From a virus: 39,056 nt of DNA. Both the position numbers and the translations under genes were made by a program. The notes beneath the pieces were generated by a model. That model saw only the letters and a list, made by a program, of their open reading frames with translations, did no database searches and was not told where the DNA came from. This document shows, piece by piece, positions 1 to 9,683 of this stretch (position 1 is its first letter; every line of letters starts with the position of its first letter). The stretch covers positions 64,395 through 103,450 of the IMG/VR virus record IMGVR_UViG_2585428088_000002; one strand, written 5' to 3'.

Positions 1-2
1 GA

Positions 3-362
3 AGGAAATTGCCCTATATCAAGCCGCGAATGGCGATCAACAAGTTTGGCCGCGAGGGGCTGACCTATGAGGGGATCGGCGAAAGCAAGAAGTGGCTTCG
101 TATTGAAACCTATGGCCCCAAGCTAGTGGAGAACATCGTCCAGGCAACGAGCCGCGACCTGTTGGCGCTCGCCATGTTGCGGCTCCGTAGCCATGGGTTT
201 GCAATCGTCATGCATGTTCACGATGAAGCCGTACTGGAGGTGTCGGAAGGACAATCAAGCGTTGGGGAAATCTGCAAAATCATGGCGGAGGCTCCCGGCT
301 GGGCAGCTGGACTTCCGCTTAGAGCCGATGGATACGAGTGCGGTTTTTATAAAAAGGATTAG
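3..362 (+). CDS. Phage family A DNA polymerase, C-terminal part (5' truncated by window edge)
   Basis: Frame is open from the window start; ENIVQATSRDLL, motif C VMHVHDE, and the GLPLRADGYE...YKKD terminus. Confidence 0.9.
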   Translation, partial: RKLPYIKPRMAINKFGREGLTYEGIGESKKWLRIETYGPKLVENIVQATSRDLLALAMLRLRSHGFAIVMHVHDEAVLEVSEGQSSVGEICKIMAEAPGWAAGLPLRADGYECGFYKKD

Positions 363-373
363 GGGTGATTGCC

Positions 374-784
374 TTGGGAATCAGCAAATACAATGCGGAG
401 GGCTATTATGACCCGACCGCCTACGAGGGCATCCGACGGGCGGAAGTGGATACCGGAAAGCTAAAGATCGTTTATCCCACTGGATATATGGAACTGAACC
501 TGGAAGGCTTCTTTCCCTGTCCTTTGGATAAAGCCAGGAAGGTCTTTTCCTTGATTTACAGATACTCGCCGGAGCCGGACAAGGACAGGTTGCTTGCTTT
601 CCTGCGCAGACTGGAGAAAAGGTGCTTTGCCCAGATGCAAGAGTACGCCAATGAAGCGGCAGCCTATCCGGCAAACTCAGACAAGTGGCGCGAGTATACC
701 GCAAAGTTTAAGGAAGCGATGCGGCTCCGGCAAAGAACCGCAAAAAATATAGAACTTTTTATCGCAGGGAGGGGCGGCAAATGA
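374..784 (+). CDS. Phage hypothetical protein
   Basis: AGGGGTG RBS then TTG at 374 (GTG at 365 is an alternative start); N-terminal KYNAEGYYDPTAYE; ATGA overlap with the next gene. Confidence 0.7.
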   Translation: MGISKYNAEGYYDPTAYEGIRRAEVDTGKLKIVYPTGYMELNLEGFFPCPLDKARKVFSLIYRYSPEPDKDRLLAFLRRLEKRCFAQMQEYANEAAAYPANSDKWREYTAKFKEAMRLRQRTAKNIELFIAGRGGK

Positions 785-3147
785 AAATTAGGCTTTCTAC
801 TGGCAATTCCCGTACAGACAAACGCTGGAATCTGGCCGAGATGGAACTGGATGAGTTCCGTGACCGGATTTCAGCCACGCGCAGGACCGCGGAAACCGTG
901 GAGCAGTACAAAAAACTCAGCAAGGCCAGACAGGATGATATCAAGGATGTGGGCGGTTTTGTCCTAGGAACGCTGAAGGGCGGCAGACGGAAAAAGGATT
1001 GCGTCCTGACGCGATCCGGGCTGTGCCTGGATATGGACTACGCGCTGCCGGATATCATCGAGCAAATCGAGATGTTTTGTTCCTTCAAGTGCTGGCTTTA
1101 CTCCACTCATAAGCATACGCCGGAAAAGCCTCGCCTTCGCCTTATCATCCCGCTTGCCCGCGAGGTGTCGCCGGATGAGTACTCTGCAGTGGCAAGGAAA
1201 GTAGCGGACGAAATTGGCATTGAACTTTTCGACGACACCACCTACGAACCGAGTCGTTTGATGTACTGGCCGTCCACCTCCGCAGACGGGGAGTTCGTGT
1301 TCCGCGAGGTTGACGGCGAACTTCTCGATCCCGACGAGGTGCTCGCAAAATACACTGACTGGCGTAATTCAGCGCTGTGGCCTGTGTCCAAGCGGCAGCA
1401 GACCGTGGTGCAGCGTGAGGTCAAGAAACAGGCCGATCCCCTGGAAAAACAAGGGGCGGTGGGTGCGTTCTGCCGCGCTTACTCCGTGACGGATGCTATG
1501 GATACCTTTCTTGCTGATGTATATCGAAAAAGCGCCATGCCCGGCCGTTATGACTATATCCCGGCAGACAGCCAGGCGGGCGTGGTCATTTACGAGGATA
1601 AATACGCATATAGCCATCACGCCACCGACCCGGCGTGCGGAAAGCTGATGAACGCCTTTGACGCGGTGCGGATTCACAAATTCGGAGAACTGGACGCAAA
1701 GGCGGATGAAGACGCCGATCCCGCCAAGATGCCTTCTTTTAAGGCCATGCAGGAGTTTGCGGTTGCTGACGAACGGGTTAAAGTCCGGCTTGCCAAAGAG
1801 CGCGAAAACTTGGCGCTGGATGAGTTCAATGAAGTGGACAACGAAAACTGGCAGACTGTACTGGAACTGGATAAGCAGGGCAAGGTCAAGGACACTCTGA
1901 GCAATATCGCCAATATCATCCGCTTCGATCCGAATCTCAGGCCAATCGTATACAATGAGTTTAAAAGCATGGTGGATGTGATCGGCGAGCTCCCCTGGAA
2001 GCAGGTGCGTCCCGGTTGGGGCGATGCCGACCTTGCCTGTGCCAAGGTGTACTTTGAACGGGTATACGGGATTTGGTCGCCAGCCAAATTCAAGGACGCG
2101 CTTCTTGCTGTGGTATCAGCGGAGCGGCCATTCCATCCGATTAAGAAGTATTTTGAAACCCTGGAATGGGACGGAACGGAGCGTATCGACACACTGCTCA
2201 TTGATTATCTGGGCGCGGAGGATACCGCCTTTGTTCGGGCAGTTACCCGCAAGACCCTGTGTGCCGCCGTAGCCCGTGTATATGAGCCGGGAATCAAGTT
2301 TGACTCCATCCTCGTCCTTAACGGCCCGCAGGGTGTGGGCAAGTCCACGCTGTTCGCCCTTCTTGGCAGACAGTGGTATTCGGACAGCCTGTCCATCTCC
2401 GACATGAAGGACAAAACCGCCGCCGAAAAGCTGCAAGGGTACTGGATTTTAGAACTAGGCGAACTGGCCGGAATCAAAAAGGTGGACGTGGAAACGGTCA
2501 AGTCCTTCATCAGCCGTACGGACGACAAGTTCAGGCAGTCCTATGGCGTCAATGTGGAAAGCCATCCCAGAACCAATATCATTGTAGGTTCCACCAACTC
2601 GGAGAGCGGGTTTCTTCGCGACATCACCGGAAACCGGCGCTTCTGGCCGGTGCATGTGACGGGCAATTCTAAGTTTCGCGCTTGGGAGCTGACCGAGGTT
2701 GACCAGGTTTGGGCGGAAGCCATCGTGAAGTACCACGCCGGCGAGGAATTGTTCCTGAAAGGCGATGTGGTCGCCGAAGCCTATGTCCAGCAACAACAGG
2801 CGATGGAAGCCGACGACCGAGAGGGTATTATCGTAGACTACCTGGAAGTGCTGCTTCCCGAAGGGTGGGACGGGATGGACCTATACCAGAGAAGGACGTT
2901 TCTAGGCGGCAATGAGTTTGGCGGCTCTGCCATGACGGGAACCGTGCGCCGGGACAAGGTCTGCGTGATGGAGATCTGGTGCGAGTGCTTTGCCAAGGAG
3001 CGCCAGAACCTCAAACGGTCTGATTCCTATGAAATAGAAGGCATCTTGACCCGCATCGGAGGGTGGAAGAAGTTGACCGCCAACAAATCCGGCAAGGTCA
3101 GATACCCCCTCTACGGCCCGCAAAAAACCTTTGTGCGGGAGGGGTAA
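781..3147 (+). CDS. VirE (virulence-associated E)-like primase/helicase
   Basis: 788 aa; N-terminal primase-like LDMD...STHKH..PRLRL; Walker A GPQGVGKS, Walker B ILELGEL, and FLRDITGNRRFWP. Confidence 0.88.
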   Translation: MKIRLSTGNSRTDKRWNLAEMELDEFRDRISATRRTAETVEQYKKLSKARQDDIKDVGGFVLGTLKGGRRKKDCVLTRSGLCLDMDYALPDIIEQIEMFCSFKCWLYSTHKHTPEKPRLRLIIPLAREVSPDEYSAVARKVADEIGIELFDDTTYEPSRLMYWPSTSADGEFVFREVDGELLDPDEVLAKYTDWRNSALWPVSKRQQTVVQREVKKQADPLEKQGAVGAFCRAYSVTDAMDTFLADVYRKSAMPGRYDYIPADSQAGVVIYEDKYAYSHHATDPACGKLMNAFDAVRIHKFGELDAKADEDADPAKMPSFKAMQEFAVADERVKVRLAKERENLALDEFNEVDNENWQTVLELDKQGKVKDTLSNIANIIRFDPNLRPIVYNEFKSMVDVIGELPWKQVRPGWGDADLACAKVYFERVYGIWSPAKFKDALLAVVSAERPFHPIKKYFETLEWDGTERIDTLLIDYLGAEDTAFVRAVTRKTLCAAVARVYEPGIKFDSILVLNGPQGVGKSTLFALLGRQWYSDSLSISDMKDKTAAEKLQGYWILELGELAGIKKVDVETVKSFISRTDDKFRQSYGVNVESHPRTNIIVGSTNSESGFLRDITGNRRFWPVHVTGNSKFRAWELTEVDQVWAEAIVKYHAGEELFLKGDVVAEAYVQQQQAMEADDREGIIVDYLEVLLPEGWDGMDLYQRRTFLGGNEFGGSAMTGTVRRDKVCVMEIWCECFAKERQNLKRSDSYEIEGILTRIGGWKKLTANKSGKVRYPLYGPQKTFVREG

Positions 3148-3380
3148 TGGAACCAAGGAACAAATTTTACCCGTTCCGTTGTAACCCGTAATGTCGTGGG
3201 AACGCCGACAGGCACAGTCCGCGAAGGCGGAAAAACAGCGAGCCTTGCTGGTTCTGTGCCTACCGTTCCTAAAAAAAGACATATTGATTATTTTGATGTA
3301 GGTATTAAGAAGAAAGGCACTTGCAAGTACGTATACGCGCGTATAGGATTTTTAGCACATAGGAACGACACAAGGAACAG
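3148..3380. repeat. Putative phage replication origin: clustered GGAAC/GTTCC direct and inverted repeats plus palindrome TATACGCGCGTATA
   Basis: Non-coding gap directly after the primase/helicase, with several GGAAC/GTTCC copies and an AT-rich centre. Confidence 0.45.
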
Positions 3381-3401
3381 ATGGTGAAAGGGGCGGCTAT
3401 T

Positions 3402-3683
3402 TTGCAGGAAAGTACCATCGAGCGAAAATTGGTCACTGAAGTAAAAAAGCGTGGCGGGCTGGCCGTAAAATTCGTATCCCCAGGTTTTGATGGGGTGCCG
3501 GACCGACTGGTTCTTTTCCCCGGTGGCGTTTTTGCTTTTGTAGAATTGAAGGCTCCTGGCAAGAATCTGCGGCCTTTGCAAGAATTACGGGCAAGGCAGT
3601 TGACCGCTTTGGGTTTTCGGGTTTACCGCATTGATAACAAAGAAATGATTGGAGGTGTGCTTGATGAAATACAGACCGCATGA
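3402..3683 (+). CDS. VRR-NUC domain nuclease
   Basis: ESTIE...GVPDRLVL...FVELKAPG...RPLQ; AAAGGGG RBS before TTG at 3402. Confidence 0.9.
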   Translation: MQESTIERKLVTEVKKRGGLAVKFVSPGFDGVPDRLVLFPGGVFAFVELKAPGKNLRPLQELRARQLTALGFRVYRIDNKEMIGGVLDEIQTA

Positions 3684-5013
3684 TTATCAGAAATACGCAA
3701 CCAAATTTACGCTGGAACATCCTGTCTGCTGCTTAATGCTGGATATGGGATTAGGCAAAAGTGTTATTGCCTTGACGGCACTGTGGATAATGGCTCTGGA
3801 CAGCTTTGACATCGGGAAGATACTTGTTATCGCTCCCAAGCGCGTAGCTGAAAACACCTGGCCGAAGGAATTGGCGAAGTGGGAGCATCTGACCGGGCTA
3901 TCTTATTCCCTGGTTCTGGGCAGCAAGAAACAGCGTGAAGAGGCTCTTGCCCAAAAAGCGTCGGTGTATATCATAAACAGGGAAAATGTGGCGTGGCTTG
4001 TGGAGAATCATCGCTGGGATTTTGACACGGTGGTGATTGACGAGCTGTCAAGCTTCAAGTCCAATCAGGCACAGCGGTTCAAGGCGTTAAAGAAAGTCCG
4101 ACCCTTTGTGCAGCGGGTGATCGGCCTTACTGGCACTCCGGCGCCCAATTCTCTCCTAGACCTTTGGCCGCAGATGTTTCTTCTGGATATGGGGCAAAGG
4201 CTCGGACGCTTCATCGGCGGCTATCGGGACCGGTTTTTCGTTCCTGACAAACGCAATCGTGAAATTATTTACTCTTATAAGCCCCGCGAAGACTCGGAGG
4301 GAAAAATCTATGAACTGATTTCAGACATATGCATTTCCATGAAAGCCGTTGACTTCCTCGCTATGCCGGAGAAAATCAGCAATTGCGTTGAGGTTGAACT
4401 GGATCAGAAGGAGCGGCGGATTTACGACGATTTCCAAAGAAAAATGTGTATATCTCTCGGCAATGAGGAGGAGCTGGACGCCATGAACGCGGCAGGCCTT
4501 TCGAACGAACTGCTGCAGATGGCAAACGGCGCGGTTTACGGCGAGGACAAAAAAGTCATTTATATTCATGACAGAAAGCTGGACGCGCTTGAGGATTTGA
4601 TTGAAGCCGCCAACGGCAAGCCCCTTCTTGTGGCTTACTGGTACAAGCACGATCTGGCTCGCATTTGCGAGCGGTTTGACATCAGAACAATTGATACGGA
4701 AAAAGACATTGATGACTGGAATGCTGGAAAGATTCCCGTTGCCCTCATCCATCCGGCGTCGGCGGGACATGGACTGAACTTGCAGGAGGGCGGCTCCACT
4801 GTAGTGTGGTTTGGACTTACCTGGTCATTGGAATTATACCAGCAGCTGAACGCAAGACTCTGGCGGCAAGGTCAGAAAAATACGGTGGTGATTCAGCACA
4901 TCGTCACCCGCGGCACACACGATGAAGATGTCATGAAAGCTTTGGAGACGAAGGATACGCGGCAGTCGGCTCTGATTGCGGCAGTCAAGGCCAGGATAGG
5001 AGGTGCGGCATGA
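3664..5013 (+). CDS. SNF2-family phage helicase
   Basis: LDMGLGKS, VIDELS, GLTGTP, SAGHGLNLQ, QLNARLWRQGQ. Confidence 0.92.
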   Translation: MKYRPHDYQKYATKFTLEHPVCCLMLDMGLGKSVIALTALWIMALDSFDIGKILVIAPKRVAENTWPKELAKWEHLTGLSYSLVLGSKKQREEALAQKASVYIINRENVAWLVENHRWDFDTVVIDELSSFKSNQAQRFKALKKVRPFVQRVIGLTGTPAPNSLLDLWPQMFLLDMGQRLGRFIGGYRDRFFVPDKRNREIIYSYKPREDSEGKIYELISDICISMKAVDFLAMPEKISNCVEVELDQKERRIYDDFQRKMCISLGNEEELDAMNAAGLSNELLQMANGAVYGEDKKVIYIHDRKLDALEDLIEAANGKPLLVAYWYKHDLARICERFDIRTIDTEKDIDDWNAGKIPVALIHPASAGHGLNLQEGGSTVVWFGLTWSLELYQQLNARLWRQGQKNTVVIQHIVTRGTHDEDVMKALETKDTRQSALIAAVKARIGGAA

Positions 5014-5501
5014 ACGGCAGAGTGGAAAGAATAATGCAGGAATACCGGCAGATGGTGATGGAGCGGGTCTGCCTTGAAAACCAGATCCGAAACTTTCAAG
5101 GGATCACGGAAGAGGAGATGATTGATTCCTTGCAATTTTCCCAACCAGACGCAGAACGTGTGCAGACCAGCGGCGTTTCCGATAAAACCGGACGTATCGC
5201 CGTTTCCTATAAAGACAAGATGGACCGAATCAACAAGGAATGGCAGGTGCACCTGGAAAAGAAGCATACCGTCCTAATAGAGGAACTGATTTTTTTCGAG
5301 TCGGCCGTTTTTTCATTGAGCGGCACTCTGCCTGAGTTCATTTCGGATATGGTCATCAAAGGGCTTACCTGGGATGACCTTTCCGCCAAATACCATATTA
5401 GCCGGACGATGGTGGCGAAGAACCGCAAGAGGGCAATTCGTGAACTGGAAACACTTTATGCCATCCACGATAAGGAGATGGCGGAATATATTCTGAGCTG
5501 A
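5010..5501 (+). CDS. Phage late transcriptional regulator (RinA/ArpU-like, C-terminal sigma-r4-like HTH)
   Basis: Last gene of the replication module; C-terminal GLTWDDLSAKYHISRTMVAKNRKRAI HTH. Confidence 0.7.
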   Translation: MNGRVERIMQEYRQMVMERVCLENQIRNFQGITEEEMIDSLQFSQPDAERVQTSGVSDKTGRIAVSYKDKMDRINKEWQVHLEKKHTVLIEELIFFESAVFSLSGTLPEFISDMVIKGLTWDDLSAKYHISRTMVAKNRKRAIRELETLYAIHDKEMAEYILS

Positions 5502-5511
5502 GGTGAGTGCA

Positions 5512-5877
5512 ATGTGCAGAAGAGGCGACATTTATTATGTGGATTTCGGAGAGAACATAGATACGCGAAAACAGAGCGGAATCCGTCCGGCGGTAATTGT
5601 CAGCAACAATAAGGCAAATGAGCATTCACCGGTCATTACGGTGGTGCCACTGACATCTAAAGTTCATAAGAAGCGGTTCCTTCCAACCCACGTGTATATT
5701 CCCGCGTCCGCTGGGTTTGGATTAAGCTGTGGAAGCCTGGCGCTTGCCGAACAGGTGGAAGCCATTGATAAGGACCGCCTTCTGGAGAAAAAGGGTACTA
5801 TAAAGAGCACTGAAATCATGGAGAAAATTACAAAGGCGATACAGATACAAATCGGGGTGTTTGAAGAATATAATTAG
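5512..5877 (+). CDS. PemK/MazF-family endoribonuclease
   Basis: RRGDIYYVDF...QSGIRPAVIVSN..N......VVPLTS and LAEQVEAIDKDRL; GAGGTG RBS. Confidence 0.88.
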   Translation: MCRRGDIYYVDFGENIDTRKQSGIRPAVIVSNNKANEHSPVITVVPLTSKVHKKRFLPTHVYIPASAGFGLSCGSLALAEQVEAIDKDRLLEKKGTIKSTEIMEKITKAIQIQIGVFEEYN

Positions 5878-5980
5878 AAAGTTATATGTGGGCAAGAAAG
5901 ATATACTTAATTTAAAAAAGAGATTATACTGATTTAGTGTATAGTATGTTTAGATCATTGACTTAAAAGGGGGAATCTAT

Positions 5981-7099
5981 ATGGCGCACTCTATACAAGC
6001 TATGAGAACAGTATTTGATGTTGTTAAGGCTGCAAGAGATAACAATAATGCGTTTTCTGATGAAGATATACAAAGATTGTTACAAGCAATAGTACCTGAT
6101 GAGAATACTAGAAAACGATATGATAATTTTTCTAAAGGCTACTATTCTGAAGAACTTTTTCGAAGAATTTATTCACTTTTACCTTGGATAAGATTAATTA
6201 CTCCATTGGGGCAGGAACAATTTCCAGAAAAATCAAAAGAGGAAATGCAAGTACCAGATTTTGAAATAATGTATGAAGTAGGTAGTTCAGATAATATAAA
6301 AAAAATTTTAGTCGAGGCTAAATTAGTGGATGGTGATAAGCAGACATTTGAATTGCTTAAACATACTTATAATGTTTTGAAAAAATATGAAGATAATTCT
6401 GAAAGCCCTTTGTTATTCGCGATTTTTTGGAGAAAACAAATGATATGGACAGTGAACTCTATAGAATCATTTTCAGAGAAAAGCAGTTCTTATAAAATTT
6501 CATTTAAGAATGCGTGTAAAAGTGATGTCTCTGCTATATTTGGAGATTACACATACTTGTTTAGAAAAAGGCCACTTAGAAAGTCAAAATTCTCTAACGG
6601 TGAATTATTACAGTGTAATTATTCCCATAGTCATGAAAAATATGGGCGTACCCTTTATGAAGGGATTTCATTGAATGGTAAGAACTTTGATGATTTAGGT
6701 GCTTTGGAAACACCGGTGTTAGATTGTGCGTTTGACTTTAAAGAAATAGAGTCCTTTAAAATAAATGAATTCGAAACAGAATTAACAGAACAATTGGCAG
6801 ATGTAAAATATGCTTATAGATTATCCTCTTTAATGCTTGGATATTTATTGAAAATTCATTGCTACAACTATAATGATATGTATTGTCAAGAACATAATAT
6901 TGTAGAAAATACTTTTGGTATAGTTGATACAGTAAGAAGAAAAATGGGAGGAGAGAAGTTTTATTTATTGCCATATGATAAAAAAATATCAATAAAAAAA
7001 CTGATTAATTTGCAGTTTGGCAATGTTCCTCGTATTTATAAGGCATACATTGAGACGAATAGGAAGGAAGGTTACGGTATTTTGTGTAGTCATGATTAA
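5981..7099 (+). CDS. AT-rich moron, putative PD-(D/E)XK nuclease
   Basis: 372 aa with a sharp GC drop; KGYYSEELF helix, VPDFEI...ILVEAKL motif; AAAAGGGGG RBS. Confidence 0.6.
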   Translation: MAHSIQAMRTVFDVVKAARDNNNAFSDEDIQRLLQAIVPDENTRKRYDNFSKGYYSEELFRRIYSLLPWIRLITPLGQEQFPEKSKEEMQVPDFEIMYEVGSSDNIKKILVEAKLVDGDKQTFELLKHTYNVLKKYEDNSESPLLFAIFWRKQMIWTVNSIESFSEKSSSYKISFKNACKSDVSAIFGDYTYLFRKRPLRKSKFSNGELLQCNYSHSHEKYGRTLYEGISLNGKNFDDLGALETPVLDCAFDFKEIESFKINEFETELTEQLADVKYAYRLSSLMLGYLLKIHCYNYNDMYCQEHNIVENTFGIVDTVRRKMGGEKFYLLPYDKKISIKKLINLQFGNVPRIYKAYIETNRKEGYGILCSHD

Positions 7100-7117
7100 T
7101 TAACATTTGATTTTCAA

Positions 7118-7180
7118 GGTGTACTAAAGGTGTACTAACGGTGTACTGCTTTTTCATTTCGACTGCGCTATACTTATAAT
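7118..7180 (+). promoter_or_regulatory. Late promoter: three GGTGTACT direct repeats with 11-bp period, followed by TATACT/TATAAT -10 boxes
   Basis: GGTGTACT at 7118, 7129 and 7140; TATACTTATAAT at 7169-7180; upstream of the HNH/packaging genes. Confidence 0.65.
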
Positions 7181-7196
7181 TGCCTAGAAATGATAC

Positions 7197-7230
7197 GAGT
7201 CTGGAGTTGACCTCCAGGCTCTTTTTCTTT
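7197..7230 (+). terminator. Intrinsic terminator-like hairpin just downstream of the late promoter
   Basis: GAGTCTGGAG-ttgac-CTCCAGGCTC-TTTTTCTTT. Confidence 0.65.
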
Positions 7231-7292
7231 GGCCGGATGCGTCTTTCTTTCATCCTTTCACGCATCCGTACATACGAAAGGAGAAAGTAGGT

Positions 7293-7646
7293 ATGCCGAA
7301 AAGACCACAAAAACCGTGTAAGCATCTGGGATGCCCACGACTGACGAACGATCGTTACTGCGATCAGCATGCTAACCTGCATATTGGTGATAGAGCCAGC
7401 GCCCTTGAACGTGGCTATAGTAGTCAATGGCAAAAGGCGAGAAAGCGGTTCTTGGCAAAGCATTCTCTTTGCGCGGAGTGTGAGTTGACCGAAAAATTGA
7501 CTCCAGCGACCGTTGTGGACCACATCAAGCCGCACCGGGGAGACAAGGCGTTGTTCTGGGACGAGAGCAACTGGCAACCGCTGTGCAAAAAGTGCCACGA
7601 CAGGAAAACCCGGACGATGGATCAGCATCAGGAATATAACTACTAA
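7293..7646 (+). CDS. HNH endonuclease (packaging-associated, HK97 gp74-like)
   Basis: CAEC...ATVVDHIKPHRGD..LFWDESNWQPLCKKCHDRKT. Confidence 0.92.
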   Translation: MPKRPQKPCKHLGCPRLTNDRYCDQHANLHIGDRASALERGYSSQWQKARKRFLAKHSLCAECELTEKLTPATVVDHIKPHRGDKALFWDESNWQPLCKKCHDRKTRTMDQHQEYNY

Positions 7647-7675
7647 CAATCATGCTAAGAAACGGCGGTGAGCCG

Positions 7676-7765
7676 AGGGGAGGGGCGGGTCAGATCTTTA
7701 CGGCCTTTACCCCCCAGACCGCCGCCCCCCTTCGCGTGAAAAATCGCAGAATTAGGCAGGGGGGA
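7676..7765. other. Putative cos (packaging) region
   Basis: GC-rich imperfect inverted repeat GGGGCGGGTC...GACCGCCGCCCC then CGCGTGAAAAATCGC, directly after the HNH gene, as is typical for HNH/P27-terminase cos phages. Confidence 0.5.
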
Positions 7766-7950
7766 TACCAGAGGAGCGTTGGAACACCTGCAAATTTTGA
7801 AATAAATAGCGAAAACGCCAATGAAAATTAGCAACGGATGCATCGGCAGTTTCGCGGAATTGTTACGGTTAAGGCTGTATAACACTTGCTCAAATGCAAG
7901 GTTTTGCGGCCTTTTTCTATGCAAAGATTTTGCGAAAAGGATGTGAAGCA

Positions 7951-8433
7951 ATGACGAGTGTCCAGGAAAAACAGATACGGAATTTCCGGATGAAGGGAAT
8001 CGGCTACAAAGCCATTGCTTCCACTCTTGGACTTTCCCGCGATGTGGTCCGCAACTACTGCAAAAGCCATGGACTTGACGGTTATGCGACAGAAGTGGTT
8101 GTGAATCTGAAAGAACAGATGCAGCAGGGTGACGTTTGCGGATGCTGCGGTACAGTCATTCTGCAGCCGGCGATAGGCCGAAAGCGAAGATTCTGTTCAG
8201 AAAAATGCAGGCGGGAATGGTGGGCCGCACACCCGGAGGAGTCGCGTAAAAAGGAAGCGGCTTTTTATGAAAAGACCTGCGTTTACTGCGGTCAGCATTT
8301 TACCGTATACGGCAACAAAAACAGAAGGTACTGCCGTCATGAATGTTATGTGCATGACAGATTTTGGCGGGAGGAGGAAGGCAGAGAGCCATATGCAAGT
8401 CCCGCCCGGAGTGAGGAGGAAAAGCATGAGTGA
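7951..8433 (+). CDS. HTH plus Cys-rich Zn-finger phage protein
   Basis: GIGYKAIASTLGLSRDVVRNYC HTH; CxxC, FCSEKCR, CVYC, YCRHEC. Confidence 0.75.
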   Translation: MTSVQEKQIRNFRMKGIGYKAIASTLGLSRDVVRNYCKSHGLDGYATEVVVNLKEQMQQGDVCGCCGTVILQPAIGRKRRFCSEKCRREWWAAHPEESRKKEAAFYEKTCVYCGQHFTVYGNKNRRYCRHECYVHDRFWREEEGREPYASPARSEEEKHE

Positions 8434-9679
8434 AATGAAATGGCAGTCAGTGCCGGTGGAGGAGCTTCGCCCGGCGGCATACAACCCGCGCAAAAAGCTG
8501 AAAGCGGGGGATAAGGAATACGAGAAGATCAAGAATTCCATTTTGGAATTTGGCTATGTGGAACCCATTATTGTGAACTATGATATGACGGTTATCGGCG
8601 GACACCAACGGCTGACGGTCCTGAAAGACTTGGGATATACCGAGGTGCAATGTGTAGTCGTTGAAATCAGGGACGAGAACAAGGTCAAGGCTCTGAATAT
8701 TGCTCTCAATAAAGTCACGGGAGCATGGAATGAACAGCTTCTTGCTGATTTGATCGTGGATTTGCAAACGGCAAATTTCAATACGGATTTTACGGGCTTT
8801 GAAGCGCCGGAAATCGAGCAGCTTTTCTCAAAGGTTCACAACAAGGAAATCAAGGAAGACGATTTCGATGTGGACGAAGCCTTAAAGAAGCCGACCATTT
8901 CACAAAAAGGTGACATCTGGCTGCTTGGTAGGCACCGGCTTATTTGCGGCGACGCTGTTTTACCGGAAACGTATACTGCTCTCATGAATGGCGGCAAGGC
9001 CAATCTGGTGGTGACCGACCCGCCGTATAACGTCAACGTGGAGGAAGCCGCCGGAAAAATTAAAAACGACAATATGCCGGATGCGGACTTTTACAAGTTC
9101 CTGTTCGCGGCGTTCGTCAATATGGAGCAGAACATGGAAAACGACGCTTCCATCTATGTATTTCACGCAGACACCCAGGGGTTTAACTTCCGCAAAGCCT
9201 TTGCCGATGCCGGATTTTATCTTTCCGGGTGCTGCATCTGGAAGAAAAACGCGCTGGTTCTTGGCCGTTCTCCTTACCAATGGCAGCATGAGCCATGTCT
9301 GTTCGGATGGAAGAAGGGCGGCAGGCACCAATGGTACTCCGACCGCAAGCAGACCACCGTCTGGGAATATGATCGCCCGAGATCCTCTAAAGAGCATCCG
9401 ACAATGAAGCCGGTGGCTTTAATGGCGTACCCGGTTCAGAATTCCAGCATGAGCAATTGCATTGTGCTTGACCCCTTTCTGGGAAGCGGCTCCACGCTGA
9501 TTGCCTGCGAGCAGACGGGACGTATTTGTTATGGCATTGAACTGGATGAGAAATTTACAGACGTCATCGTTAATCGTTTTGTTGAAGCCGTCGGAGATTT
9601 ATCCGGCGTCTTTTTGCTGCGTGACGGGATTCGAATTCCCTACGAAGCGGAGATGGATTCTGAACTGGTGGAGGTGTGA
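8426..9679 (+). CDS. ParB-like N-terminal domain plus N4/N6 DNA methyltransferase
   Basis: YNPRK...GGHQR ParB-like part; TDPPYN, HPTMKPV, LDPFLGSGST; GAGGAGG RBS before ATG at 8426. Confidence 0.92.
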   Translation: MSEMKWQSVPVEELRPAAYNPRKKLKAGDKEYEKIKNSILEFGYVEPIIVNYDMTVIGGHQRLTVLKDLGYTEVQCVVVEIRDENKVKALNIALNKVTGAWNEQLLADLIVDLQTANFNTDFTGFEAPEIEQLFSKVHNKEIKEDDFDVDEALKKPTISQKGDIWLLGRHRLICGDAVLPETYTALMNGGKANLVVTDPPYNVNVEEAAGKIKNDNMPDADFYKFLFAAFVNMEQNMENDASIYVFHADTQGFNFRKAFADAGFYLSGCCIWKKNALVLGRSPYQWQHEPCLFGWKKGGRHQWYSDRKQTTVWEYDRPRSSKEHPTMKPVALMAYPVQNSSMSNCIVLDPFLGSGSTLIACEQTGRICYGIELDEKFTDVIVNRFVEAVGDLSGVFLLRDGIRIPYEAEMDSELVEV

Positions 9680-9683
9680 AGCT

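Noticed and set aside
7201-7211. CTGGAGTTGAC also present at about 34180
   Set aside because: A single 11-mer match in different contexts; compatible with chance in 39 kb
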